In this document: positions 51,931-64,000 of the stretch, in pieces
How the letters are laid out: the number at the start of each line of letters is the position of its first letter
Numbering within the stretch: position 1 is the first letter of the stretch
The notes under the pieces: model-generated
The model's input: only the letters and a program-made list of their open reading frames with translations
What the model was told of the DNA's origin: nothing
The model's database searches: none
Origin: Octopus sinensis
Taxonomy: Eukaryota
DNA length: 64,000 nucleotides
Assembly (NCBI RefSeq): GCF_006345805.1
Contig: NC_043019.1
Span: 14,259,360-14,323,359 of the forward strand
Reading direction: 5' to 3'
Position numbers and translations under genes: made by a program

Positions 51931-52191
51931 ATAACACAAACAACAGCTAGAAAACATTTTATTATTGATTATATAGGGGAAAAATCATCTATGACTCAAC
52001 ATGCACCATAACTCATTCACTTAGCTTCTACCTATCTATCTATCTATCTCTTCATCTGTGTATCTATCTATCTAGCTACTAGCCATATCTCCCATCTATC
52101 TGTCTGTCTGTCTATCTATAGGTGCAGGAGTGGCTGTGTGGTAAGTAGCTTACTTACCAACCACATGGTGGTGTGTGTGTGTATGTGTGTG

Positions 52192-52247
<56 letters not shown>

Positions 52248-52588
52248 TGTGTTTCTTTGTGTATATATGCGTGTGTGTCATGTATATATATATATATAGG
52301 CATATATGTGTGTATGTATATATATATGCATATGTGTTTCTTTGTATATATATATGCATATATGTGTATATTTATATATGCATATATGTGTATATTTATA
52401 TATGCATATATGTGTATATTTGTATATGCATATGTGTGTATATTTATATATGCATATATATGTGTATATTTATATATGCATATATATGTGTATATTTGTA
52501 TATGCATATATGTGTATATTTATATATGCATATGTATGTGTATATTTGTATATATATATATGCATATGTATATGTGTGTGTGTATATG

Positions 52589-52646
<58 letters not shown>

Positions 52647-53121
52647 GTGTGTGTTTGTGTGTTCTCATGTATGGACGTTTGTATCTCCTTGTCTTGACAC
52701 CTCATGAAAGTCGTAAATGAGTTCCACCGTCATAGAGGCAGTGTCATTCGTTTTCAGTCTTCCATAAAAACATGTCTGACCATAGAGAAACAGTTCCCAG
52801 CTCGGAAACAGGGAATGGTTTGGAAGACAGAAAATGCATTTAGCCAAAGAAAATCTGCTTCATCAAACTCTGTCTCGTCTATACAAGCATGGAAAAGCAG
52901 ACAGTAGCACAATGATGATATGTATGTGTGTGTGTGTGTTTGTGTGTGTGTAGGTGCACAATAGTTTTATCATACAACAGTTTACATAGATGAATGATTT
53001 TTACTGCTTGTTGTTGAAATCCCAAGTAAAGCCTGGTTATGTAAAACCCATTGCTTGGTGTCGAACTTGTTGTGAGTTGCATAAGACCCACTTTCAGGTG
53101 TTTTCATAATCTCCTTCTAAT

Positions 53122-53308
53122 CATGACTTTCGGAAACATTTTTTCACGCTCAGGGTTGCTGAAGCGTGGAATAAACTGCCTGCATCAGTTGTTGACTGCC
53201 ATGACACTGCGTCCTTTAAGGCCCTCATGCTTCCCGAAATCCGTTGAAACTACACCTGATTATATATACACTTTAGATGAGTTGTAGTGCACCTGAGCAC
53301 TATACACA

Positions 53309-53342
<34 letters not shown>
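53122..53342 (+). mobile_element. CR1/L2-like LINE 3' end
   Basis: HDFRKHFFTLRVAEAWNKLPASVVDCHDTASFK (FF..RV...WN.LP motif), short 3' UTR and (TAT)n tail. Confidence 0.8.
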
Positions 53343-53593
53343 GCTAGTGTTTATGTTAAGTGGCTGCATTGCTGTAGCTTAGCAGTTCAGCAAAAGAGAC
53401 CGATAGGATAAGTACAAGGCTTAATAAGGAAGTCTTGGGGTTGATTTGTTCAGCTAAAATCCTTCAAGGCAGTGCTCCAGTATGGCCGCAGTCAAATGAC
53501 AAATGAATAGAAGAATATCAGAATTCTCAACTATTATGTATGTTAATTTTTAACTAACACACACACACATATATATGTGTGTATATATATGTG

Positions 53594-53756
53594 TAGGAGT
53601 GGCTGTGTGGTAAGTAGCTTGCTTACCAACCACATGGTTCCGGGTTCAGTCCCACTGCATGGCACCTTGGGCAAGTGTCTTCTACTATAGCCTCGGGCTA
53701 TAGTAGAAGACACTTGTGAGTGGATTTGGTAGACGGAAACTGAAAGAAGCCCATCG

Positions 53757-53789
<33 letters not shown>

Positions 53790-54007
53790 ATATGTTTCTG
53801 TGTCTGTGTTTGTCCCCCCCAACATCGCTTGACAACCGATGCTGGTGTGTTTACGTCCCCATAACTTAGCGGTTGGGCAAAAGAGACAAATAGAATAAGT
53901 AACTAGGCTTACAAAGAATAAGTCCTGGGGTCGATTTGCTCGACTAAAGACGGTGCTCCAGCATGGCCACAGTCAAGTGACTGAAACAAGTAAAAGAGTA
54001 AAAGAGT
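53594..54007 (+). mobile_element. SINE family B
   Basis: Full-length copy with a small internal inversion near 53675-53715. Confidence 0.85.
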
Positions 54008-54369
54008 ATATATGAACATACAGCAGCTGTTAACTACTTAGACAAGAAGACATCAGAATTGTTAACTATTATGAATGCTAACTGTTATTAACTAATATAT
54101 ATGAACAAGCAGCTGTTAACTGCTGAGATACTGAGATGTGAGGAAGCTTCCTGAGTATCAAGTGATTCACACTCCTTCCACACGTACAAGATTCCAGAGG
54201 ACAATTCACAAAATAACCTTCACTTTATTCCAGAACATATTCCCTTTCCATTTTGCATTTATCATCCACTTCAGCTTTGTATCTGGTTCTTTATTTTCAA
54301 GTGACTGTTCTTTCTGCTTAAGAGGTTTTTCTTCTTCTTCTTCTTCTTCTTCTTCTCTCAGGACAGCAA

Positions 54370-54700
54370 TTACGTTGCAATCTACCTTTGCCTTCGTTAT
54401 TCACTGCTTCGAAGACTAAGAGCCTGTAGCTGATGTGATAAAAACACTCCATGCAGCAAGCAGTGCGAGAGCGTATGATAAGCTAAGCTTGATGTAACGT
54501 CTTTTTAAGATGGTCACTTTCTTAGAACTGCGCATAGATTAGCTGGAGCCGTTGTTGTTTAACCAGTTTTTCTCATGAGCTGGCGGTGGGTGGATGCTGT
54601 CGAGAGCAGCGGGGGCGGGGTGTCGGGTCTGATGCTGCAGGGGGGGGGCGGTGTGGGAGACGCGTATCTGTGCAGCTGTGAGATTCAAGTGTTACTCTGT
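54370..54700 (+). ncRNA. Putative structured RNA domain with a G-rich loop
   Basis: 54372-54379/54493-54500, 54402-54409/54458-54465, 54532-54539/54666-54673 and 54563-54569/54577-54583. Confidence 0.45.
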
Positions 54701-54821
54701 CTCTCTTTCTTTTAAATGGTTTTAATGATTTTTACTGCATCTCCTCAATATCTCCTTTGTTCAACATGTCAATAGCTTGAACTGTGATAAAAGATTCAAG
54801 TGCACTTTATGGTCCCTCTTC

Positions 54822-54852
<31 letters not shown>

Positions 54853-55162
54853 CGCTCTCTCTCTCTCTGTTTATGGCTTTGCATTTAGTTTGTTGCCATC
54901 GTAATCACAAGATAATGGTTTCAATTCTATGGTGTTGTTCTTGAGCAAGACACTTCATTTCCTGTTTGTTTCAGTCCACTCGTCTGTAAAAGGGTAACCC
55001 TGTAAAGGACTGGCATTCTAACTGAGGAGAATGTTTGGCTACCCACCCCTAGCCAGCAGGGTGGCATTATTTGAAAGCAACGACAGTGTGAGAAAGTGCA
55101 TTATGACCAGTAGCATATAATAACATCCAATAGTCTAGTTAATTCAATTATATATATATATA

Positions 55163-55390
55163 AGGCGAGCTGGCAGAAACGGTAGCATGCCGGACGAAAT
55201 GCTTAGCTGTATTTCGTCTGCCGTTACGTTCTGAGTTCAAATTCCGCCGAGGTCAACTTTGCCTTTCATCCTTTCGGGGTCAATAAATTAAGTACCAGTT
55301 ACGCACTGCGGTCGATGGAATCGACTTAATCCCTTTGTCTGTCCTTGTTTGTCCCCTCTGTGTTTAGCCCCTTGTGGGTAGTAAAGAAAT
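55163..55390 (+). mobile_element. SINE family C monomer
   Basis: Head and tail present. Confidence 0.85.
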
Positions 55391-55581
55391 ATATATATAT
55401 ATAATAATAAATATTAGGGAATAAATCCAAATTTACAGGGAAAAAATCAGATTTAGGATTAAATCCAATTTTATAGTAAAATATTATATAATATTAATTC
55501 GAGACAAAACCACTATTTTGCAAAACAAACAAGGAAAGACTTAATCAATACATAAAATTTTAATATAAAGGAAATAAACCA

Positions 55582-55625
55582 CCACTACAATCGTTTCATG
55601 TCTTCAAATGACATTCGTCAGGTGG
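55582..55625 (-). ncRNA. Minimal type I hammerhead ribozyme (mirror copy)
   Basis: Exact reverse complement of 55650-55693. Confidence 0.75.
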
Positions 55626-55649
55626 ATTTCCGATTTTCAAATCGGAAAT

Positions 55650-55693
55650 CCACCTGACGAATGTCATTTGAAGACATGAAACGATTGTAGTGG
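55650..55693 (+). ncRNA. Minimal type I hammerhead ribozyme
   Basis: CCAC-CTGACGA-ATGTC-ATTTGAA-GACAT-GAAAC-GATT-GTA-GTGG: all core nucleotides present, stems I, II and III pair; predicted cut after 55689. Confidence 0.75.
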
Positions 55694-55783
55694 TGGTTAT
55701 TTCCTTTATATTAAAATTTTATGTATTGATTAAGTCTTTCCTTGTTTGTTTTGCAAAATAGTGGTTTTGTCTCGAATTAATAT

Positions 55784-55816
<33 letters not shown>

Positions 55817-56200
55817 CTAGCAGTATCGTCCGGCATTGCTCAGGTTTGTTTCGACCCTTTAGAATTGGAATTTTTGAAAAGTAAAAATTTTGCATTACGT
55901 AGCTTGTTATTCTCTTTAAGTGAACATTTTTCTGGTTGAAATAAACCGAAAAATGGCGACACAGCAGTCAAAAATTCGTAAAAAATAGAGATTTTCATAG
56001 AAAAAAAAGCACCTTTTTGATGTAAATAATTTTTGGTCTTAACATGGTTCGATTTGAATTTTTTCTTCTACAGAAGAAAGAGCAAGCCTTCTATCGTACT
56101 CTCAATTTTGGTCAACTTGCACCGCAGGGTCTCGGAGGAGATAGTGTTAGTTGAAGGCTACCAAACCTGCCACACACAGACAACTTCAGCTTTATATATA
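55817..56200 (-). mobile_element. Helitron-like element in (TA)n
   Basis: Copy of 22799-23195. Confidence 0.75.
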
Positions 56201-56695
56201 TATATATGCACACACACACACACACACACAACACACACACACACCTTGGCTTAAGTCATTTTGATTTAAGTCATTCTCAATTATATGTGGGTTTTCAAAA
56301 GTAATATATGGGAAAATAAAAATCAAGTTAAGTCATTTTACTTGACTTCATGTCTATCCACCACAAATATTGGGAAGATAAAATCACTAGGAAACCTTTA
56401 AAAGCACATAAAATCATGTTACTGTACAATAAATAAGAATAAAACCATATTAAATCATATTAAAATATGTATGATAAATGTTAAGATACACACCATAAAG
56501 TAGTTTAATTTAGTGAACAAAATCATGAAATCAGCTGTGTTGTCTTAATTATCAGTCTTTTGGAGATCATATTGTACTGTGGTTCCAATATCTACCATTA
56601 GCCCCTGATTCCCTTGATTGTTTTGAATTCAAATTTGTTTACACCTGTTTATCAGGTACTTTCTCATTCATTTGTGACCTTATTTTTTTGCCCCT

Positions 56696-56810
56696 ATGAC
56701 TCCTAAGAAAATTCATAGCGAAAGTGCTAAGCGTTGTGCTATAATGCTGGAGGATAAACTGGCTATGATAAAACGCCATGAAAAAGGTGAGAAAGTGGTA
56801 GCAATTGCAT
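56696..56810 (+). pseudogene. Tigger/pogo transposase N-terminal (CENP-B-type HTH) remnant
   Basis: MTPKKIHSESAKRCAIMLEDKLAMIKRHEKGEKVVAIA, truncated by SINE B at 56811. Confidence 0.7.
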
Positions 56811-57193
56811 AGGCGCAGGAGTGGCTGTGGTAAGTAGCTTGCTTACGAACCACATGGTTCCGGGTTCAGTCCCACTGCGTGGCACCTTGGGCAAGTGTCT
56901 TCTGCTATAGCCTCGGGCCGTCCAAAGCCTTGTGAGTGGATTTGGTAGACGGAAACTGAAAGAAGCCTGTCGTATATATATATATATGTATATATGTGTG
57001 TGTGTGTGTGTGTCCAACATCACTTGACAACCAATGCTGGTGTGTTTACATCCCCGTAACTTAGCGGTTGGGCAAAAGAGACCGATAGAATAAGTACTGG
57101 GCTTACAAAGAATAAGTCCTGGGGTTTATTTGCTCGACTAAAAGTGGTGCTCCAGCATGGCTGCAGTCAAAAATGACAAACAAGTAAAAGAGT
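56811..57193 (+). mobile_element. SINE family B
   Basis: Full-length copy. Confidence 0.85.
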
Positions 57194-57660
57194 AATCTTT
57201 TTGGATGAGTCGGACAACTGTATTGATGATTGTACATAATAATGACAAGATTTTAGCACAAATTAAATCTGAAGCCCCAGGGATGATTGGCATTAGAAAG
57301 GGCATCCAGCCGTAAAAAAAAAAACCATTCCAAAACAGACACAGAAGTCTGGTACAGTCTTCTGCCTGTCCAACTCCTGTCAAACCATCCAACCCATACT
57401 GGCACGGAAGGCAGATGTTAAAATATATATATATATAATAATAATATGAGGGAATAATATTCCAAACTTACAGGGAAAAATTCAATTTAGAAATACTAAA
57501 TCAAATTTCACAATATATAATATATATATATATATAAATTAGGAAAAAAACACCTTTTATCAATTCAATAATGAAAAATTAAATTACACCATTTAGAAAA
57601 ATTACATCTTATAGAAAGATTAAATATAAGATGAAACATATATGATAAAACATATATATA

Positions 57661-57962
57661 TCGGTGGCACATAAAAAACACCTGTCTGCCAGCCTCGTCT
57701 GGCACCTGTGTCGGTGGCACATAAAAAGCACCATCCGAGCGTGGCCGTTCGCCAGCCTCGTCTGGCACCTGTGTCGGTGGCACATAAAATCACCCACTAC
57801 ACTCTCGGAGTGGTTGGCGTTAGGAAGGGCATCCAGCTGTAGAAACACTGCCAGATCTGACTGGCCTGGTGCAGCCTTCGGGCTCCCCTGACCCCAGTTG
57901 AACCGTCCAACCCATGCTAGCATGGAAAGCGGATGTTAAACGATGATGATGATGATGATGAT
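57661..57962 (+). mobile_element. SINE family D
   Basis: Subrepeats, core and (GAT)n tail. Confidence 0.8.
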
Positions 57963-58220
57963 TCAGATGAATATGATACTTAAGTCAAAGGCACCAGAAT
58001 TTTGTATGGTATTATCCATATGAATCAAATGGGGTGATTATAATCAAAATAAGCAACAAATATCTAAGGTAATGTGGTACGATCGTTTCATGCTACTTCA
58101 TTTTATTAAACACTGTAAGCATTACATCAGTTTTAAAATATCGAGTGTTTAATAAAATGAAGTAGCATGAAACAATCGTACCACATTACCTCGGATATAC
58201 TTGTTGCTTATTTTGATTAT
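57961..58220. mobile_element. Penelope-like palindromic element with a decayed hammerhead
   Basis: Arms 58040-58220; minus strand CTGATG(T)A-ATGCT...AGCAT-GAAAC-GATC-GTA; deleted relative at 26398-26504. Confidence 0.6.
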
Positions 58221-59614
58221 TTATATATATATATATTATATATATATATATATGCATACATACACTCACTTCTTGATTATTGTTTTCTACCTGTCCCTCT
58301 TTCAACTTTCCACATAAATTAAAGGTGTGTTTGTGTGTTGTCTTTGTGACTGTTTGTATACTGAATGTAGAAATGTGTTTAGATAATCATCATCATCACC
58401 CCCTCCATTTTTCAGGTGGTCTTATGGGAGATACTTCAGTGGGTGCGAGGACCATGTCGTACTCTAATGACTTAGTTTTGGCATAATTTTCACAGTCGGA
58501 TGCTCTTCCTAATACCGAGCACTTTACACTTCAGATAGTTGACTCAGTGTGTGTGTATATGCATACATTAGTATCAATATAGGCCATACTTTTGCACACA
58601 CACACACACAAATATTTTGTTTTTTTCTTGCTTCAGTCGTTAGGCTGTGGCCATGCTGGGGCTCCGCCTGAAAAAATTTTTGTCAAATGTCTCTACACCA
58701 GTATTCTTTTTAAGCCTGATACTAATCGGTATCTGTCTGTTTTGTTGAACTGCTAAGTTATGGGGATGTAAACATACCAACGCTGGGGACAAATACATAC
58801 ACACACAAAGACACACACATGCAAAGACACACGCACACACAAAGACATGCACACACACACACACACATATATATGACAGACTCTTTTCTGTCTCTGATTA
58901 CTAAATCCACACAACAAGGTTTTAGTTTACTTGTGGCTATAATAGAAGACATTTGCCCAAGGTTCCACACATTGGGACTGAACCCGGAACCATGTGGTTG
59001 GCAAGCAAACTTCTTACCACACAGCCACACTTCGTGTTTTGCTTAGGAGCAATACATGGTACCGGTATTTTTGACTCAGGCCAAACACAGCAAACTACTC
59101 CAATTTCTTGTGAGAATATCTGCATAAATAGAGCCAGGAGTGACTAGTTTCTGCTTCCATCAAGTCATTTAAGTTGTAATAATGAATTCAATCCTAATAA
59201 GGTTATTTTAAATGCAGATCTTCATCATCGTCATCATCCGCTTTCCATGCTAGCATGGGTTGGACGATTTGACTGAGGGCTGGCGAACCAGATGGCTGCA
59301 CCAGGCTTCAATCTTGATCTGGCAGAGTTTCTACAGCTGGATGCCCTTCCTAACGCCAACCACTCCGAGAGTGTAGTGGGTGCTTTTACATGCCACCGGC
59401 ACACACACACACACACATATATGTGTGTGTGTGTGTTTATATCCCCTTGTCTTGACATTGCATGATAGTTGTAAATGAAAGCCTTTAATTTTCAATAATC
59501 TGAGGTGAAAACATCTCACCCGGCCACAGGAAATCCACCCACCCACCCCAGCAAATTCTGTCCCACCCATGCAAACATGGAAAAGCCGGCAGTAAAACAA
59601 TGCTGCTGATGACA

Positions 59615-59880
59615 ACAACTATGATAAGGAAGGCTTACATGCATGCACCCCTGCCAGTCTTGTTCAAGAAACCTCATCCATGCCTGTACATACATAGGCA
59701 GATACATCGTCCATCTTGCGCAACAGAGGCCCTCACTGGCGCAACCTTATTTCATACTATCAACAAACCTTTTGCTACTATGCCATCTGTTTTCACATAA
59801 TACAACGCCCCATGCGATGATAAATTACTGTTATAGTTATTGATCTGTGAAATGTATTCTGTGCACACTGCATGTTATTT
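59615..59880 (+). ncRNA. Putative pseudoknotted RNA domain
   Basis: 59620-59629/59745-59756 crosses 59637-59648/59861-59875; hairpins 59681-59700 and 59716-59744. Confidence 0.5.
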
Positions 59881-60119
59881 TCTCGGTGGAACCTAAGACA
59901 TAGACACAGGGGACCTATTGATTGTTCATAGATTCAATTCATATGCTGATTGCTAATCAAAAAATCCAGAATGTAAATGAACCAAGCCAATTATTAAGTT
60001 GTTATTCTATGCTGCCAAATCTAATCTCTCTTTAACTGTATACGTTTATAATGAAAGTGAAAGAAAGGAAGAAGATAGGATAAGATTGATATCAATATTT
60101 TCCTTTTCTTTTTTTATCT

Positions 60120-60740
60120 GTCATTATCATCATCATCATCATTAATCTTCATCATCATCATCACTACCATTATCGCCATCACCACCGCCACCACTCTCAC
60201 GATCATACTAGATTCATCACTGATTTTACCATCATCGTCACCACCACCACCATCATCATCATCATTACCAACAACAACCACACCACTACCATTATTATCA
60301 CCAACCACCATCATCATCACCATCATCATCACCATCATCATCACCACCATCACCATCATCATCACCACCCCACCACCACCATCATCATCATCACAAACAA
60401 CAACCACACCACTGCCAACATTATCATCACCACCACCACCATCATCATCACCACCACCACTACCATCATCATTACCACTACCATCACCATCATAATCACG
60501 CCACCACCACCACCACCACCATCAACACCACCAACAACCACACTACTACCATCATTATCATCAGCCACCATCACCACCACCAAATAACAATGCCACCACC
60601 ATCATCATAATCACCATTACCACCATCATCATTACCACTACCACCACCATCATCATCACCACCATCATCATCATCATCACTACCATCATCATCATCATCA
60701 CTACCATCATCATCATCATCACTACCATCACCACCACCAC

Positions 60741-60771
<31 letters not shown>

Positions 60772-60965
60772 CTACCATCATCATCATCATCACTACCATC
60801 ATCATCATCATCACCACCACCACCACCACCACCACCATCATCATCACCACCAACAACAACCACACCACTACCATCATTATCACCAGCCACCATCACCACC
60901 ACCAAATAACAACAATGCCACCACCATCATCATCATCATCATCACCACCGCAACCACCACCACCA
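60120..60965. repeat. (CAT)/(CAC) trinucleotide low-complexity tract
   Basis: Direct sequence. Confidence 0.95.
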
Positions 60966-61349
60966 TCCAGTCTAGCTAATAGTTCTGCAATGGAAAATTC
61001 CTCTTATCATTTCTTCATTTTCTTTCTCAATACGTTTCTCCATTTCTGCTTTTGACTCTGCTGTAATTTAGACACAACAACCAGGAAGCAAGGCTTTTGG
61101 TGGGGTTATTTTGTATTTCTTTATATATTTATCTGTTTTGTAGTTATTTTTGCCGTTCTTTCAGTTTTCTCTAGTTTTTCTTGTTGTTGTTGTTGTTGTT
61201 GCTGTTGTTGTTGCTATTGTTGTTCCTTCTGTCTCGTAGTGTTTTCTTACTTATAATCTAATAACTGGAATAAAAACATATTTAGCTCCCAGATATATTG
61301 GATGCACTCAGAAACATATAACCTTATCAATTACCATAAAACTTTCATA

Positions 61350-62234
61350 TACAATGCACGCACACACATGCAAATATCTACACGTATATATACACAAATA
61401 TATGAACACGCATCCACAAACACAAATATCCACGTGTGCATGCACGCACATGCAAATATCCACATATATACACAAATATATGAACGTACATACAGACACA
61501 CACAATATCCACACTCACAAGTATCTGTACACACAAACACCCACACACATACACACACACAAAATTATCTATGTGCACGCACACACACACACCACACACA
61601 CATGAAAATATCCACATATATAGATAAATATGCACACACAAGCATATTCACAAACACACAAATATCCATGTGCACGCACACAGATATCCACATGCACGTA
61701 TACATGTACACATAAATATCTACAAACACACACACACACACACAAATATCCACACACACACACAAATATCTATAAACCCACACTCGCTCACAAATACACA
61801 CACACCACACACACACACATGAAAATATCCACATATATAGATAAATATGCACACACAAGCATATTCACAAACACACAAATATCCATGTGCACGCACACAG
61901 ATATCCACATGCACGTATACATGTACACATAAATATCTACAAACACACACACACACACACAAATATCCACACACACACTCACAAATATCTATAAACCCAC
62001 ACTCGCTCACAAATACACACACACACACACACACAAATATCCACACACACAAATATCTACAAACATACACACACACAAATATCCACACACACACATATCC
62101 ACACACACACATACTCACAAATATCTATAAACACACACTCACTCACAAATATCCACACACACACGCACCCAAATATACACACACACACACACACACTCAC
62201 AAATATCTATATACACACACTCACTCACAAATAT

Positions 62235-62267
<33 letters not shown>

Positions 62268-62770
62268 TATCCAGACATGCACGCACACACACAAATATCC
62301 AGACATGCACACACAAATATCTACACACATACACATGCAAATATCCAGAAACACACATAAATATCCACATATACACACAGACATCCACATACTCAAATTA
62401 TCTACACATGCATACACACACATATCCACACACTCACACACAAACTACGTACACATAGATGCACATACCCACATGCAGACACAAAAATCTACACACACAC
62501 ACACACATGCAAATATCCACTCACACACACACACACACAGAGTATCTATACGCACATACACACACATATGCAAATATCTACTCACACACATACACACACA
62601 CAGAGTATCTATACACACACACACATGCAAATATCCACTCACACACACAGACACAGAGTATCTATACACACATACACATATCTATATGCACACACACACA
62701 CACAATATCTACAATCACAGGCACATTTACACACCCACACGCACACACATACATATACCCACGCACCAGC
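61350..62770. repeat. CA-rich minisatellite (ACAAATATC(C/T)ACACAC units) with a ~217-bp internal duplication
   Basis: About 61590-61800 is repeated at about 61807-62020. Confidence 0.9.
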
Positions 62771-63246
62771 TCTCTTTTGACTATATAGACATCTTTCTAC
62801 CTTTATCTTTTTCTCTCTCTCATCTCACCTTAAACACAAACACAAACAAAATTAAACATAAACCTCAGTAATTAGTCTGTTCTTCTCAATAATATTTGCA
62901 CTGTTTATTGTTTATGTCTGAGATTATCATCATTTTTAATTTCCTTTTGAAAAGAAAAACAAACAACTTCTTTTAGGAAAACTAAAACATGATAGGGTAT
63001 TTTTTTTTTTTTTTTTTTTGGTTTGGGATTGTTTTGTTTTTTTTCTCTGAAATATTTTGCATTATTCATGAATTGAAAAATAATGTAAAAAAAAAATATA
63101 AAAATAACGATAAAAATTAACTGGTTTACTGCACTAACAGACTCTGCACAACTAAATTCGTCTTTCCATTGCTAAAATGACAATATATAACTACGAAGAT
63201 AAGTAATGGCGGTATGAACTACTGCTACTGAGATGATGATGACCAT

Positions 63247-63281
<35 letters not shown>

Positions 63282-64000
63282 TAGAAGTACTACTAATAAT
63301 AATGATTTCTTTCATTGGCAGAAAGCCACAGATTCTTGTACAGGGAAGGATGTAATCAATTCTAAATTGACTCCGGTACTTGTTTGAAACTAATTTCATC
63401 AACCTTGACATGTTTGAACTTTAAGGGTTAAATTAGAAATTTAGTGATACTAGTCAAATACTAGTGGGGTTAGAATTCAACGAAATACACCCCTTTTCGT
63501 AAACTCTGCAAGTCTTCTGCCAAAATTATTATTATTATTATTATTATCAAAGCAGCAAGGAGGCAGAATCATTTGCAGGGGGGACAAAATGCCCAACAGC
63601 AGCAGTTCTTCCGACTCTTCATGTTCTGAGTTTAAATTCCGTCAAGGTCAACTTTGCCTTTCATTTTTTGGGGATGGGGGTCGATAAAATAAATTCCACT
63701 CAAGCATTGGGCGGGAGTGGGGTTGATGTAATCCACTGGTCCCCCTCCCCTCAAAATAGCTGGCCATGCATCAAAATATGAAAGAATTATTACTGTTGTT
63801 ATTATTATTATTATCATCTAAATTTATATTGCAGATCTTTGTTTTTTTTTTGTGTGTTTTTTTTTGGTCCATTACAGATTGCTTAAATGTGAAAAAAACT
63901 GGCAACATCCAAATATTCCTCCATCTTGCAAAAAAAAAAAGTCAATAATTTTTCTTGTTCTATTTCCAGGTCTATAAAGTTGTGGTCAACTCTGCTGGAC

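Larger units (their letters stand above)
55405..55789. mobile_element. Penelope-like inverted-repeat element
   Basis: About 150-bp near-perfect arms 55485-55636/55639-55789, unique tail 55405-55484, (TA)n flanks. Confidence 0.75.

Noticed and set aside
60114-60905. Poly-M/V/D/G ORFs
   Set aside because: (CAT)/(CAC) low-complexity repeat

Overview
AT-rich, microsatellite- and SINE-saturated animal DNA. The SINE repertoire and simple repeats point to an octopus/coleoid cephalopod (inference). No intact protein-coding gene is visible: the ORF track is almost all microsatellite or SINE read-through, and the only recognisable protein remnants are transposon fragments (R4/Dong-like and CR1-like LINE ends, hAT C-terminus, Tigger N-terminus). 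Main discovery: nearly every unique 200-600 bp island between repeats, from base 1 to about 59.9 kb, folds by eye into dense RNA structure. These islands show 7-16 bp helices, two roughly 50-bp helices and many crossing (pseudoknot) pairings, and the non-Watson-Crick positions are mostly G-U on the + strand. This suggests a very long + strand non-coding or intronic transcript built of about 20 sequence-unrelated structured domains. Second, several (TA)n-embedded palindromic elements carry minimal hammerhead ribozyme cores of the Penelope-like type, with one intact on both strands at 55.6 kb. Third, SINEs occur as head-truncated concatemers, including a 10 x 289 bp array. Helices were found by eye and no folding statistics were computed. 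Repeat boundaries are approximate.
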